The position numbers and the translations under genes were made by a program. Below, piece after piece: positions 23,877 through 37,311 of a stretch of 64,000 nt of DNA; position 1 is the first letter of the stretch, and the number at the start of each line of letters is the position of its first letter. This stretch comes from Sminthopsis crassicaudata (taxonomy: Eukaryota). Under the pieces are notes generated by a model, which saw only the letters and a program-made list of their open reading frames with translations, was not told where the DNA came from and did no database searches. The stretch spans positions 476,264,958 to 476,328,957 of the forward strand of contig NC_133617.1 of the NCBI RefSeq assembly GCF_048593235.1, written 5' to 3'.

Positions 23877-25789
23877 ACAATGTCACTTTATAAATGAAAG
23901 TATCACAGGTCTAAAAGTGGAAGGGAACCTTAGTTTGCCCCCTTCCAGTTACAAATATGGAAACTGAGACTTGAGTAGTTAATTAAATGACTTGCTCAAA
24001 GTTACATAGATAGTAAGTTGCAGAGCATTGACTCCCAAACCAGAAAACTCTTTCCTTTGTAACATTCTGTCTTCTTTTTGTCCCAAATCCCAGAGAAGGG
24101 AAAGGATTGGCCTAAAGTCACTCAGGTCAGAAATCAAACCTAGAACCCTTCAATCCAAGTGCACTGAAGCAGATGAATCAGCCCTACTTCTAATGGCATC
24201 ATCTGAGGCCATTTGTGAATGCCTGAATGGCAGAGACTGCCTCCACTTTGCAGGAGTCTTGCCCTGTGGCTGGAGTGATGATAAAGAGACCCACTGAAAT
24301 ATTTTGATGAGATTGGAGAAAGAGGCTGCCATCTAACAACACTATTGATATCTTTGCAGAATAAAGAGAGGAGGCATTCTGTCTTATTGAATGTATTTCC
24401 AAGGAACAGGTCCCTGAGCCCTACAGTAAAGAACCCAAAGCCCATAGGATTGTTCCACTTCTTTCTTTTCAATTTAATTGAATAAGCATTTTTCAGGCTC
24501 CAACTAGGTTCCATTTACTAGAGCTATAAAGACACCCTCCTCTCAAAAAATCCCTGCCTTTCTTTTCTACTGGGCAGAAATAAGTATATATAAAATAATT
24601 ATTGATAATAGTAAGGTATTCTTGCTTTAAGGTATACAAGATGCTTGACATATCTTATGTGATCTTCATCCTGTGAATGTCTCTTTTATTATCTCCATTT
24701 AACAGACTAAAAAAACCAAGACTAAAATACCACATGATTTGCCCAGGATCATACAGCTGATCAGTCTGGGGAAAGAGTTGAGTTCAGGTCTTCCTGATTC
24801 CCATGTCTAACACTTCATCCATTATGCCATCCAACAACCCAAAATGCATGCCAAGTAATTGGGTGAGATGAAGGAATTGTAGGGGAAAGGGTATGGACAT
24901 CAGGAAAGAATTTAAGCAGCTGAATGGAGTCTAAAAGGGAGCTAGATTCTAAGGGACAGTATGAAAAGTATGTGGGAAACCAGAATCAAGGGCTATATAG
25001 GAGACTCAAAATTCATCTAGTTTACAAATAAGGAAACCAAAGTAGGGTTGGAGGGAGGATTTGAACCCAGGTTCTTTGATTCCAGAATTACTATTCTTTC
25101 TGTACCACATAACCCACGATTTATACCATCTGTGTTAAGGTTTCTTTGCACAGATAAATTGGACTATTTTTCTACATACCTTTGGATCTCCATCTCTCTG
25201 AGCATCCTGTCCTAACCACCTCCAGTATCTCTACTATACTTCAGTACTTCAAGGATCCATGATTTAATTACTCCCTCGGCAGATGTAGATCTCAACTCCT
25301 CCGTACCTAACTAAAGTGTTTAATGAGTAGCTGGAGCCAACAAAATCATCACCTGGCCAACCCTCCGGTGATAAGTTTCTCCACAACAGACATATAGCAC
25401 TTTGCCACACCCATACTAGAAACCTTCCAGTCTGGAAAGACCTGCCAGTGCTTGTACTCCACTGGTAGGGCTTTTGAGAACCAAGGGTCACCTCCATGCC
25501 ATAATGAGGCAATCAGAGTAGGAATTTAGCACAAGCTTGGATCCCTCTCTCAAATAAGAAGGCCAAATCTGGATCTGCCACAGCATTTGCCCCTCAGAAC
25601 CAGTAAAACTTAAATGAACTGAAATTCTCTATTAACAAAAACATTGATTCTATGCTACATTTTGAGTTAAATGGGAAGGAAAAATAATGTATTTAGTTTT
25701 TTTTTTTTAATTCCAGGAGGGAATTTCTGAGCTCAGCCTATAATGTCTACTCTTTTATGGCTCCCACATCTATGATCCAGACTATGAAT

Positions 25790-26010
25790 CTATCAACGTG
25801 CATTTATTAGATTCCTACTATATTCCTAAAGTCCTGTGTTAAGTTCTGGGGATATAAAGACACAATAAATAAATAATTAAAACATTCCCTGCCCTCAGAG
25901 ACTTTACATTTTATAGGGAGAAACAACATGTACATATAAAGTATATGCAAAATATAGACAGTACAAAATGAATACAAATTAATGGTAGAAGGAGGATCTT
26001 TTAGAGGAAG
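25790..26010 (-). mobile_element. L2 LINE 3' fragment
   Basis: tcaacgtgcatttattagattcctacta...gccctcagagactttacattttatagggag. Confidence 0.65.
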
Positions 26011-26214
26011 CACCAGGACAGATTTATTTCATTTTTGAAGCATTTAGATTTTTTTATTTTTATAATGTCTTTTTAGAGTTAAATTTTCTTTTAAAAAAAC
26101 AAATATTTGTTGAGCACATTCAGAGTTTACAAAATCCTTCTCTCACAGAACCTTGGGTTAATATTATTATCTCCATTTTGTCAATGAAGGAGACTATGAA
26201 ACTATAAGAAACTA

Positions 26215-26678
26215 TGTGAGTACTAAGTGTACTAAGTGAGAACTGAGGTTGTCCGGATAGTGACAAGGTGAGAATTCAGGTTTTCTGGACAAGGTGAGAA
26301 CTCAGGTTGACTTGATAGAGGGGGCAAGCTCATTGGCTGGGGTGGTTCTTCCCAGAAACCCTTGCATTATCCCACACCCATTCTCTGGGAGGATAAAAGA
26401 GACAGCACTGGGCACAGAGAGCAGATCGGCCTGGAGAAGGATAAGAGCTGGAGGAGATTCAGAGCCAGGATTCAAGAAGGAAGACTCTGAATTGCATCAG
26501 GCTTGACGGGGCTCTCTGCAGGAAGGGAAGTCACTTCTTTGGACAAGAGTTAACAGCAACTGCCTGGAGACAACGGTTCATTACAGGAAGAAGAATCTGT
26601 CTGAAAGATTTGAGTAGACACAGCAGATCTCTTCCCAGAGAGAGATCTGGCAGCTTCTAGAGATGACAGCACGTTACA
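26215..26678 (+). mobile_element. Solo ERV LTR (relatively young), inserted in a MIR
   Basis: tgtgag...gttaca ends; U3 direct repeats gacaaggtgagaa(t/c)tcaggtt; ggataaaa TATA-like box; retained CpGs; MIR halves on both sides. Confidence 0.8.
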
Positions 26679-28699
26679 ATTGGCAACTAAGAAACTATAA
26701 GAAACTATAAGAAACTATGAACTTGGAATCATAAATTTAAAGGGCAGTTAGTAGTCACTGAGTCCAATCCTATTTTGGAGAAGAGGTCAAATGACTTCAC
26801 TCAGAGTTTATAGAACTGAACTGGTAAGCATCAAAAATAAAATTTGAACCCAGCTCTTCCTGGTTTCAAGTTCAGTGTCCTAACGCATACCACACTCAGA
26901 TAAGGGAAATCCTCTGATCAATGTGGAAGCATGAGCTCCTAACCCAGAACAAAACTGCTTCCTCTACTCCCTACAAAGCACAAGGATCCTTGAATTAACC
27001 ATAAAAATTCTCAGTGAAAAAGGGCTTTAGTCTATAAGAAGCATTCCAGCCTAAATTTTTAAAGTCTTTTTTTCTGCCTTAGAGGGAAAATAAAAATCTT
27101 TCCCCATCATCATATTTATTTATACTTATTTTTTTATTCATAGAACCATAGCTATTGCCTTCAAGGTCCCTTGTTGCTCCATTGGATTTTGCCTTAGGCC
27201 ATCTCATGGCATCATGCAGAGAAACAAGAAGGATGCTAAGGATAGATACAGATTTCTGCACCTCTTTTCTCCTATGGATGCGTGATTTAGGATGATCAAT
27301 AGTAGAAAATGTCCATGAATCACCAGTATCTGAAAATAAAGGCATATGGTAGAGAAACAGATTTTTTAAAAAGGCACTCTTTGGAGTTAGGGAACCAAAG
27401 CTCTGGTTCTGCCATTTAACAGTTGTGTCTCTTTACACAAATCATCTAACCATGACATTTGTGGGATGGTGAAAAGATCACAGAATTGAGAATCTGAGGA
27501 CTGGAGCTCATATGCCAGCTCTGTAACCTTGGTAACCATGGACAAGCCATAGCTCCTCTCTGGCTCTTGTTTTGCTTATCTCTAAAATGAGAGGATTGGA
27601 TTAGGAAAAAAAATGTCCTTGAAGTTTCCTTGAGGCTCTACCTCCTATGAACTCTATATGTGTTATCTCACTGACAGACTCCTTCCCTTTCACTGGTGTA
27701 AATGAATCATCTCTATTCATTTCAATAGTTTTACACCATATCTTTCCCCTTTACTGGAGGTTTTTGGACAGAGACTGATGACTGGCTGGGCAGGTAATGG
27801 AGAGGATTTTTACTCAGGGTAAAGTTGCACTGAATAGTCTCTGAGGTCCTACCAACTCTGAGATTCTGGAATTCTGGGGATTTTATCTATATCTTGCATT
27901 CATAGTAAGGTGTCCGGGGTGAGGGGTGAAATTCAGATTTTCCTGACTCCAAATCCATCACTGTATCTACCTGGTTGCCATTTAAGGACAAGGGAAAATA
28001 TGACAAATGTCATCAATATATGAAGGGCAGCCATAGACCTGCTTCAGGACAGGACCAGGAACAAGATTTGCAAAGGGGTGAGTTGAGGTTTGATGTTGGG
28101 TTGGGAGTGAGGGAAGTTCCTCACAATTAAAGCTGTCCAGAAGTGAAATGGGCTGGCTTAGGAGGTAGTGATCTGCCCCTTTCCTGGAATCTTTCAAGAA
28201 AATCTAGTAGTGACTTATCCTGTCAGTGTAGAGTGGATTCCTTATTAGGCAAGAGTTGGACTATCTCAGACAGCTACTAAGCTTAGTACTTAGCTACTGA
28301 TGTCCTTCCAACTCTCAAACTCTGTGACTACAACTCATAGTTAATAGTCATAGCCAAGGAGCTGGTGACCTACATCCCTGCTAGGAAAGAAAACTGTCTC
28401 CTGCTTCACAGAGATGTCTTCACCATCAGTAAAAGGCAAGACCCATTCAGAATAATCATGGGGGCAGCGTAAGGGCATTTAAGGGCATCTCTTGCCAAGG
28501 CCCACAGATGTTACCATCTCTTGGGAAGTGTTGGCCCATCTTTGTGGAAAACATGATTAAAGATTCAAGGCCACCAAGAGAAAAGTGCCCAAATGAGCCC
28601 ATTTTGTCACAGCTTTGGAACAAGAAGAGGGGCACTCAAAGTTGGCAACTTCTTCCAGCGGACATAGGGCTGCCTGCCATCTTTGGAGAGCAAATGGCA

Positions 28700-28880
28700 G
28701 AATAGAAAGAGCATTGAGTTAGGAGTCAGGAAACCCAATAACAGCTTTTCATTCTCCCACTTTGTGACCTTGGACAAATCAATTCCTTTCTCTGAGGACT
28801 GTTTTCCTCATTTATAAAATGGGGATAAATACCCAGAGATCCTTTAAGGGAATGACTTTACAAACTCTAAATGTGCTCAA
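28700..28880 (+). mobile_element. MIR (CORE-SINE)
   Basis: gaaagagcattgagttaggagtcagg...tgtgaccttggacaaatca...tttcctcatttataaaatgggg. Confidence 0.75.
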
Positions 28881-30329
28881 CAAATGTGAGATTATTTATC
28901 ACCATCACAATTTCTTCCTCCTCTTTTCTCTCAGGCTGTTTTCACTAAGCTTGCTTAGGATAGGTAGGCTGGGGATACATAACTGCACATAGGTTGGCAA
29001 AAGAGTGTCCTCCAGATGGGTGATTTTGGCATCCTCAATATCCTGAGGGAGGGCACCAGCTGTTTCAGTTTTTACCCTTGGTGTGGTGATTTTTCTGGGG
29101 GCTCAATGAGCCTGGAAGTTAGAGTACTTTGATCTACTACCAAATGGACAGAGGTTACGTTCCAATCAACCGGAAGAGACTCAAGCTGGACATGGGTTCC
29201 AGGTTTCCACAGAGGGCACAGCCCCTCTGGATGAGAATAATAGGCTCCATTTATCTTGTATTGCTCATTTGGGAGAGAGAAGGCAAAGAAACAAAGGAAA
29301 TAGAAATTTCATTGAAAAGCTATTAATTCTTTGAACTTCTTTACCTACTCAGCTTTCCATAATAAAGCTAATGTGTGCTTGAAGAACATGTCTCATGGCA
29401 TCATTGGAAAAATTCCATAGCCCAATTCCCCCCAAAAAAGACCTTAAAATTAAGCATTAGCATCCTATGATCCCCCAAGTGAGAAATACTGAATTCCTTC
29501 TAGTCTTAGGAAGTCCTTTCTCCCACTTTAGTTTACTCATCTGTGAAATGGGAATGAAAGTTATTGACCTCTTTATTTCATAGGGTTTTAGATAGAATCA
29601 AGTGAAATTGTGTATGTATAATTGCTTTGAAACTAGTAAGTGCTTTATAAATATGAGAGGGCTTTTTTTTACTGTGATTTCAAAAATAGAAGGTATTCCT
29701 AGTTAGTAAAATTTTCTCTACTACTGGAGGCCCATAACAGCATCTGCTCTATAATTTAGAATATGAGAGTCTTCTAGAGGTCCTTAGAGGTTAAGTGACT
29801 TGCTCAAAGTCGCACAACCAGTATATGTAAGAAATCAGACTTGAATACAAATCTTCTTGTCTCTGAGACCAGCTCTCCATGCATCACTCCAGGGCTGCCT
29901 CTTGGGAAGTACAGAATTCTTTAGGAGAAATCAGGAAGAGCCTCCTGCTAAAGACTGTCATAGTCACTGTTAGGTTCAGTTGAGGTAATCAGGTGTTTTT
30001 GCTTAATTGGTTTTTGTTGTTGTAATGGAAGGTTTGAGTTGGATGGTTAGGATGGGTATTTCCAGGATTGATTTTGATGTTTTAAAAATAAGCACTAAAA
30101 AAAAAACTTATTAAAAACAAACAAACACCAAAAATTTCCTACCTCCCATCCTTAAAATTTCCTATCTTCCCATTAGAAATACTTGAATTTCTACCATTGA
30201 CATTTCTATCAGTCAGTAAATCAACAAGCACCTATTAAGCTCCTACTATGTACCAGGCACTATACTAAGCTATAGAGCATTATGTTAAGGTTCTTAAAAA
30301 GTCTAAGGATATTATCCTCTATTAAAAAT

Positions 30330-31140
30330 TTAGTCACAGACTATCAGAGTTAAAAGGGGCTTCAGAGTTCATGAAATCATCTCTATAACATTTCTAATGG
30401 TCTCTTCGTGAAAACTGCCATGAATAAGGAGCCCACTATTTCCTCAAAGCATCCTATTAGGAAATGTTTCTTTTTATCAACCTCTGCAACTTCTATCCAC
30501 CTCTCCTCCTTCCCCCATTTTGATTCAAGCAAGATATCGACATGATGCATCTTCAGATACTTAGAAAAAAAATGTCTACCCTATCCCAGCCCTACTTCCC
30601 AGACTTTTCTTTTCTAGATTAAGTACTCCCTCCCTATTCCTCCCTGCCCCCCATCCCCTGCCCATCATTTCCTTCAAAGAAATATCAATCATATGGCATT
30701 AACTCAAAAATTTTCACCCTCTAACTTGTCTTTCCTCTAGATACTTCCTAAGGTAATTAACATCCCAGGTAATAATGTCCCCAAATGAAGGATGTCATTC
30801 CAGATATGGCCTGAACAAGGCAGAATGAAAAAGTCTTCTCTCCTTAGTCATCAACACTAGACCTCTTTTAATTCAACATAAGATTGCTTTAGTTTACCTG
30901 ACTTCCATGACACACTACTGACTCACATGTAGCTTGTGGTTTACTAAGACCCCTAGCTATTTTTCATAAAAACAGTTATCTTTCCCCAGATTCACTGTTT
31001 TACCTTATTGATACCAACTGTACATTCTTTCCATCTAACCCTCTCAGGCTCCTGTCATTTACAAATTTGACAAGCATGTCTTCTATGATTTTATTCCCAT
31101 AAGTGATTAAGAAAAATGTTAAACAGTATAGATTATCCAC
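30330..31140 (-). mobile_element. CR1/L3 LINE fragment
   Basis: Antisense CR1 3' region and RT segment (tttacaaatttgacaagcatgtcttctatg; ccatgacacactactgactcacatgtagcttgtgg). Confidence 0.75.
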
Positions 31141-32519
31141 TTTTGACTTCAAAACCTCAGGCAACAGAAATTCCCCTTCTTCTCAAGGAAATTAATAAAG
31201 CACCATATGGATAATGTAGCAAACTACAGTGAGCCCTTCCACATCACAGATGTGCTGTGCCCCCCTGATCTGGAAAAACTATATAGAATTTTTGGGCTCT
31301 CCCTTCATATCAGAGAAGTTTGATTTCTTTAAAAAAATTTTCCTTTATGATATATTTATAGTACTCTATTGTAAAATTTGGGTAAGGTGTTTGGTCACAC
31401 GAATATTTTATGTATGTACAGTTTCTAAACCTTTTTATGTACTAGACTTTCCATGTTCTACAAAACCCCCCCAAAATTCCCATCACAGTAATTTTTATGT
31501 GTATCCATGCTATGTCAAAACCAGGATAGGGAAAGTCATAATGTGGAAGGGATAACTATATTGCTAATTGTTAACTCTTTAGTCTGAATTTTCTAGATGT
31601 CTTCTTGGAAGAGATTAGGATCACTAAATGCAAGCTCTATATGATCAAGAAAAACTTGATCATTACTACAGATAGAAGATGGATAGATTATATAGGTTGC
31701 CAGAGGTGAGTAGGAGATCAAGTACATGATGGATCATGGAAAGGGAACATAAGTAACGGAAAAGGTCCCTAAGCCTAGAAGTGGACAATTGTCCAAGGTA
31801 TAATCTGCCAGCTTTACTATTTTTCTAAGGGATATTCTTCTCCATAATTTAGGTTCCCCAGTGCCCCAAATTAATTCAAAATGATTTTTGAAAGGCTGCT
31901 AATATGTCAAATAACCTTTTTGCTGTGTGCTTCTAATGTCTGTGATTATTAGTTATTTACTCAATTAGAGTAACTGGGACCTGATGAGGATTTCCCAGAG
32001 AACATAACAAAAAAGCCCAGAGAAGGAATTATTAACTTCCTAGGTTGTTCATGGAATTATATTTACTTCTCCACACACACCCTCCCCCAAGGAAGTTTAT
32101 CTTCAGGATATCCCCAATGACTAATTCACACTAAAATGTGAATAACTTTCTCCATAGATATTAAAGAGGTTGGTAATAACTCAAAAATATAGTTGCATTT
32201 GGGGAACCTAGAGCAAGCATGTAGAGATATGTTTTGGCAAGTGAGAAGTGGAGGAATATGTCTTGGTGATCTTCAAAAATACCTTTCATTTATTTACTGA
32301 ACTGCTATTCATAATAGCCCTTCAGTGACCTTATTCCTATTGATGTTTATATGCTGACAGTTCTCCGGGTCCAGAAATAGCTAAGTAGCAGTGAATCTCT
32401 ATTCTGGGGTGAGAGTCACTGGCTCTGGAGTCAGGAATACCTGAGTTCAAATTTAGCCTCCGATATTTCCTAGTGGGAAAGAATGACTAAGTTGGGATTT
32501 GGAAAAAGTCTCTATTATG

Positions 32520-32710
32520 ATGAAACTCAATAATAATAAATGTAAATCTGGGGAAAGATTACTGTTCTTATAAAAAATAGCTCAGAGTTGTGAGGGGAGG
32601 ATTTTAATGGACCATAGAGTAGATACAAATCAATAGTATGTCATGGCAGCCAAGTAAAATACATTAATCTGAATTAAGAAAGGTATAGTATTGAGGACCA
32701 GGGAGAGGAG
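32520..32710 (+). mobile_element. CR1/L3 LINE fragment
   Basis: ggattttaatggaccatagagtagatacaaatcaatagtatgtcatggcagccaag matches the CR1 3' ORF2 region. Confidence 0.6.
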
Positions 32711-33189
32711 ACCAACACTGTCTGCCTCAGTTTCCTCAACTGTAAAATGAAAATAATACCAGTACCTACCTCCCAGTTGAGAAAATCAAATAAGTTAATA
32801 ATTGTAGAGTGCTTAGAACAGTACTAGACACATAGTAATGCTTGTTCTCTTCTTCCTTTCTTCCTTTCCCTATCATTGTATTGTAGTATTCCCCTCAAAA
32901 CTTTATAGAGGTCACAGAGGGACAGCATCTAAGACAGGTTATACCCTAGGGTCTAGATCTGGAAAGGACTTCAGAGCCCATCTAGTCCAATTGCTTTACT
33001 TTGCAGGTAAGGAAACTGAAGCCCAGAGAGATTAAATGTCCTGCTGAAGATTTATCCTGGGAGTAAACATGAGAGACATAATTTGAACTCAGGTTCTCTA
33101 ATTTTAGAGCCAGTTCCCATTTCACTATACTAATTTGGGAGACTAAATTTCTTTTTCTTTCTTTCTTTCCTTCTTTCTTTTATTTTATT

Positions 33190-33850
33190 TCTTTGGCATG
33201 GCTGATAAATTGGAAGATGCGATGCGTACACTGGATAAAGTTTATTTTGATTGAAGCAAAGTCTTGACTTTTGACAAAGTCTGCCATTGAGGGGCGAAGG
33301 AGGTTGTCTAGACAATCATAAAATTAGGTGGATTTAGAAAGGTTTTGTTGGAGGAGGAATCAGTGAGCAGTAATCGATAAAGCTACTCATCAATGGCCTC
33401 AAAGTCCATTGTCAATCTGGACAATGTCAACCTGGAAGTAAGTCTCCTTTGGAATATCCTAACAATCAAATTGCAGTGACATCTTGTTGATTGCAATAAC
33501 TTGAACAGAAGCATGAAAGATATATTTACCAAATTTGCAGATAACCAAAGTCAAAAAGGATAGCTAACAAAATGGATGACAGTATTTTAAAAGATCTTAA
33601 CAGGGTAGGGCATGTGGCTTAACTGAAATCAAGTGACAAAATTTTCTCATATCAAACCAACTTCACTAGTACTGGATGGGGGAAGATTGGCAAGAGAGCT
33701 GTTCATCTGAAAAAGAGCAGTGGACCTTAACGGACCACATGCTCAATATAAGTCATCAGCATGATAGTGCAACCAAAAAACTAAGACAAATTTGGGCTGC
33801 TTTCAGGGAGTCACCACACTGTGTCTGCCCTGAGCAGAAGCATCTTAAGT
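33190..33850 (+). mobile_element. CR1/L3 reverse-transcriptase fragment
   Basis: Degenerate RT motifs: gcaaagtcttgacttttgacaaagtc (KAFDKV-like) and accaaatttgcagataac (KFADD-like). Confidence 0.8.
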
Positions 33851-34039
33851 TCTAGGCATGCCAAAGTTCAAATCCTTAGCTTCCTTTGAACTTCAACTCA
33901 GGAACCAAGACTTTTACATAAAACTTTCCTTATTCCTCCCAGTGACTAGCTCCTTCCCTCCAAAATTGTTTTCTATTTTGTTTTTCTATTTTGTTTGGTT
34001 TTCAATCAAATCCGCATTTACGTATGTGGAGGTGGATAT

Positions 34040-34270
34040 ATAGATTACATATGTATGTATGTGTATGTATATATACTGCATATGTATCTACCTCCAAAAA
34101 TACAATAAATCTACACATACTTATAATCTATCTATCTATCTATCTATACATATAATGTATGTGTCCATAAATACATATCACATACACATGTATGTATGTA
34201 CCTACTATCCACTTAATTTTTATATGAATATATGAGATAATATAACATAACATAACATAAACAGATATAT
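34040..34270. repeat. Mixed (TA)/(TG)/(TCTA)/(ATAAC) microsatellite block
   Basis: Seen directly. Confidence 0.85.
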
Positions 34271-35264
34271 AGGCATATTGAGGAAGTTATAGGAGATAGC
34301 ATGACAGGTAACTCAAATGACTTTTATCATCTTGACCATCACTTCCCCTCGGATCCTGATAGAAATGACTCCGCCTTGAGCCCCAAAGCCTTAAAAATAA
34401 CAGTGGCCCTCAAATGACCTGACCCTGCTTCTGCTCCAGTACCCACAACCAACACTGAAGGGAGAAAACATTGTGGAAAAGGTGGCCATCTTCTTCATTA
34501 CCAACAGCAACAGCATCTGACCAACAGCCAGAGACAGACCTCCCGGACCAGGCACTGATCCTGCTCCAGTTCCTATCCTTTATAACCGTGGTCTGGAATA
34601 GCAGCTTCTATGGGAAAAAAAAAATAGGCATCCCCACCAACTGCCAAGCAACTTCCACACACACAGGGCAAAAAAACCAGCCTAGCTGAATCAGCAAGAT
34701 CCCTGAGAGAGAGGCAAAGGCAGCCTATGCCGGGAAAATGCTGTCATCTCCTCCTTAACCAGCCTTTCCCCTTAGATGGAGACAGCCTAGGACCCTGTAC
34801 CCAGAGCCTTGGAAATGGCAATGTTTCTATCGCAAAGCTCTCAGCCACCAACCTGAGAAAAACCTGTGGAGATTCAGCCTGGAAACTACTCCTGCAGATG
34901 TTACAGTCACAAATACTGAAGACCGCCCCCTAAAGTTCTTTTCAACCAAGTCCTTGGTACTGTCAAATGCTTCAATATCAGAAATCAATATGATTATATT
35001 AGTGGAAACGACATTTGAAAAAGAAGCATTAACATTTACTTTGCTGCTTGCACCCTAAGGACCATGGGACTTTTCCATCTGACTTACAACTGAAATCTTC
35101 CACTCCATAAATGTTACCTCTCCTAATACAATATGAGTTTCACAAAATCTGTCTTGGTTTTCTGTTTATATCCTTAACACTTAGAACAATGCTTTATATA
35201 TAGGAAATGCTTAATAAATAATTTAAGCAATCATTCATGTGCTAAATATTGATGGATAGATGAG

Positions 35265-35353
35265 TATATATATATTTATATAGTATAAACATATATTATG
35301 GATATATGCATATAGATGAATATGCACACACACATACATATATTAAAGGGGGA

Positions 35354-35393
<40 letters not shown>

Positions 35394-35937
35394 ATGTTTG
35401 TGTCTTGGATATATATAGACATATGGATCATATGTGTATATACAACACCTGCATAACCAGGGAAATTCACTCTCTCTCTCTTCCATTCTATCTTCTCTTC
35501 TTCCTCTCGTCTTTTCTCCCCTTTTTTTCCTTTCTCTCCCCTCCTCTCTTCTTCTCTCCCCTCCTCTTTCTTCTTCCTTTCCCTCCTTTTTTCTCTCTTC
35601 CCTTCTCCTTTTCTGTCCTCTTCCTTCCTGTCCCCTCCTCTACTTTCCTCTCCTTTTATATACAGTATATATCTTGACTAAACTGACTACATATTCCCTG
35701 TGCGTGTGTTTACATATATGTGTGTGTGTATATATATATATACATGTGTATACACATGCATAAATATAGGAGTATGTGTGTGCATGTATACCCACATAGG
35801 TATGTAGGTGTATACATATATCCAGGACCAAGGGAGACTCTATCTACTTATCTATCTACTTATTCCATTTGGAACATAATATATACATACACACACAGAG
35901 ATGCATATATGTACACACACTTGCATAGCCAGGAAAG

Positions 35938-36018
<81 letters not shown>

Positions 36019-36280
36019 TATGTAAGTGTGTGTGAGCTTACATTCCTATGCACACATCCAGGGCCAGAAGAGATTAAGTACCTGCTTATCTTTCTATCTA
36101 TCTATCTACTTATCTAATTTGGGGACTATATACACATAAACTCTATATATACACAGAGAAACATATATATATATGGATATACATACACACATACATAGCT
36201 AGGTGAGGCTATATATACACATATATGAGTACATGTGGATATGTGGATATATGTGGATATATGCATTCATGTGTGAGTAT
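35265..36280. repeat. 1-kb compound microsatellite: (TA)n, (TG)n, a polypyrimidine tract, (TCTA)n and a long perfect (TA)n at 35941-36014
   Basis: Seen directly; the source of several spurious ORFs. Confidence 0.95.
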
Positions 36281-36554
36281 AACTAGTCTCTCCTGGATAG
36301 ATTGTAAGCTTCTCTAGGACAGGGATTATTTCATTTTTTTGTCTTTTTATCTCCTGAACTTAGCCCTAGCCTTTTGGTTCTCAATGCAGCATTCTTGCCA
36401 GGACAGCCCACTGACTTGACCAGGCCATTTCTAACACATCCTGTTGTGGGTGGAGGTCAGGAAGCTGGGGGTGGAAATCCTTTCCCCACTCCACCAGACT
36501 CCTTGGGTCTCCACTTTGAATGGGGAGCCGGAGCTTTCTCAAAAGAGGCTGAGT

Positions 36555-36930
36555 TGTGAGGTGGCCCCATTATCAGATTTCCACCCCTGATCATTCCCTC
36601 CCTATGGCTCACAATTATCGCCTTTTCATTCCTGCCCTTGGCTTCTGACTCTTTGATCTCGGCCTTTGGATCTTACCCTTTGATCCATTTTGGCTTACCA
36701 TGTCTGTAACCTGACCCTTTGCCATCTAATTCCCCCAATTTCTCTGAATCCGCCTAGCCCCCTTTAATCTTCCCTTTGTATAAATGGATACTATTCCCTA
36801 ACAAAGACTGACTTTAACCCAACCGGGCAGTAGAACTTCAGAAGTTCTGGAGAGAACCAGAGTGTTGGAGCCAAGCATTCGTCAAGGAATTTTTTTTTAA
36901 TGCTCATGATTTTTTAATTTTCTCTCACCC
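36555..36930 (+). mobile_element. Probable solo LTR
   Basis: tgtgagg start, TC-rich U3, gtataaa TATA-like box at about 36778. The right boundary and TSD are unclear. Confidence 0.45.
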
Positions 36931-37311
36931 AACCAAAAGGAGTAGGTTGCTTAAGGATAAGATTAGACCCATGTGGATTTTTTTTTAATGAAATGTTTAT
37001 TTAGTTATTTATTTCCTCCTATTTCTTTTTAAGGAAAAATTGCCGTCAGCATGATCTTTCTTACAATAGCAAACAGTTACAAGGATTTTCATTACAAGCA
37101 GAAGCCATAAGACTTTCAGTGTTTGTTTTTTTAATCATTAAAGAAACAGCTCAATGATCTATTATCTCAAAATCCTATTTATACTCATATTGTTGTTTTT
37201 AATCTTAGGAATATAGACTGTACCTGTGATTTTACAGATAAAGAAACTTCCAGGTAGAGAAATTTCCTATCAATGCAGGTCTTTATCATTTCTTATAAAA
37301 TAATCTTAGAG

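Noticed and set aside
24028-24514. Four overlapping ORFs at 24.0-24.5 kb as a coding exon
   Set aside because: No frame gives a recognisable protein or a convincing acceptor/donor pair.
26191-26715. CRISPR-like or other repeat-spacer array
   Set aside because: The repeats are LTR U3 duplications and a 10-bp tandem motif with no regular unique spacers, in a eukaryotic context.
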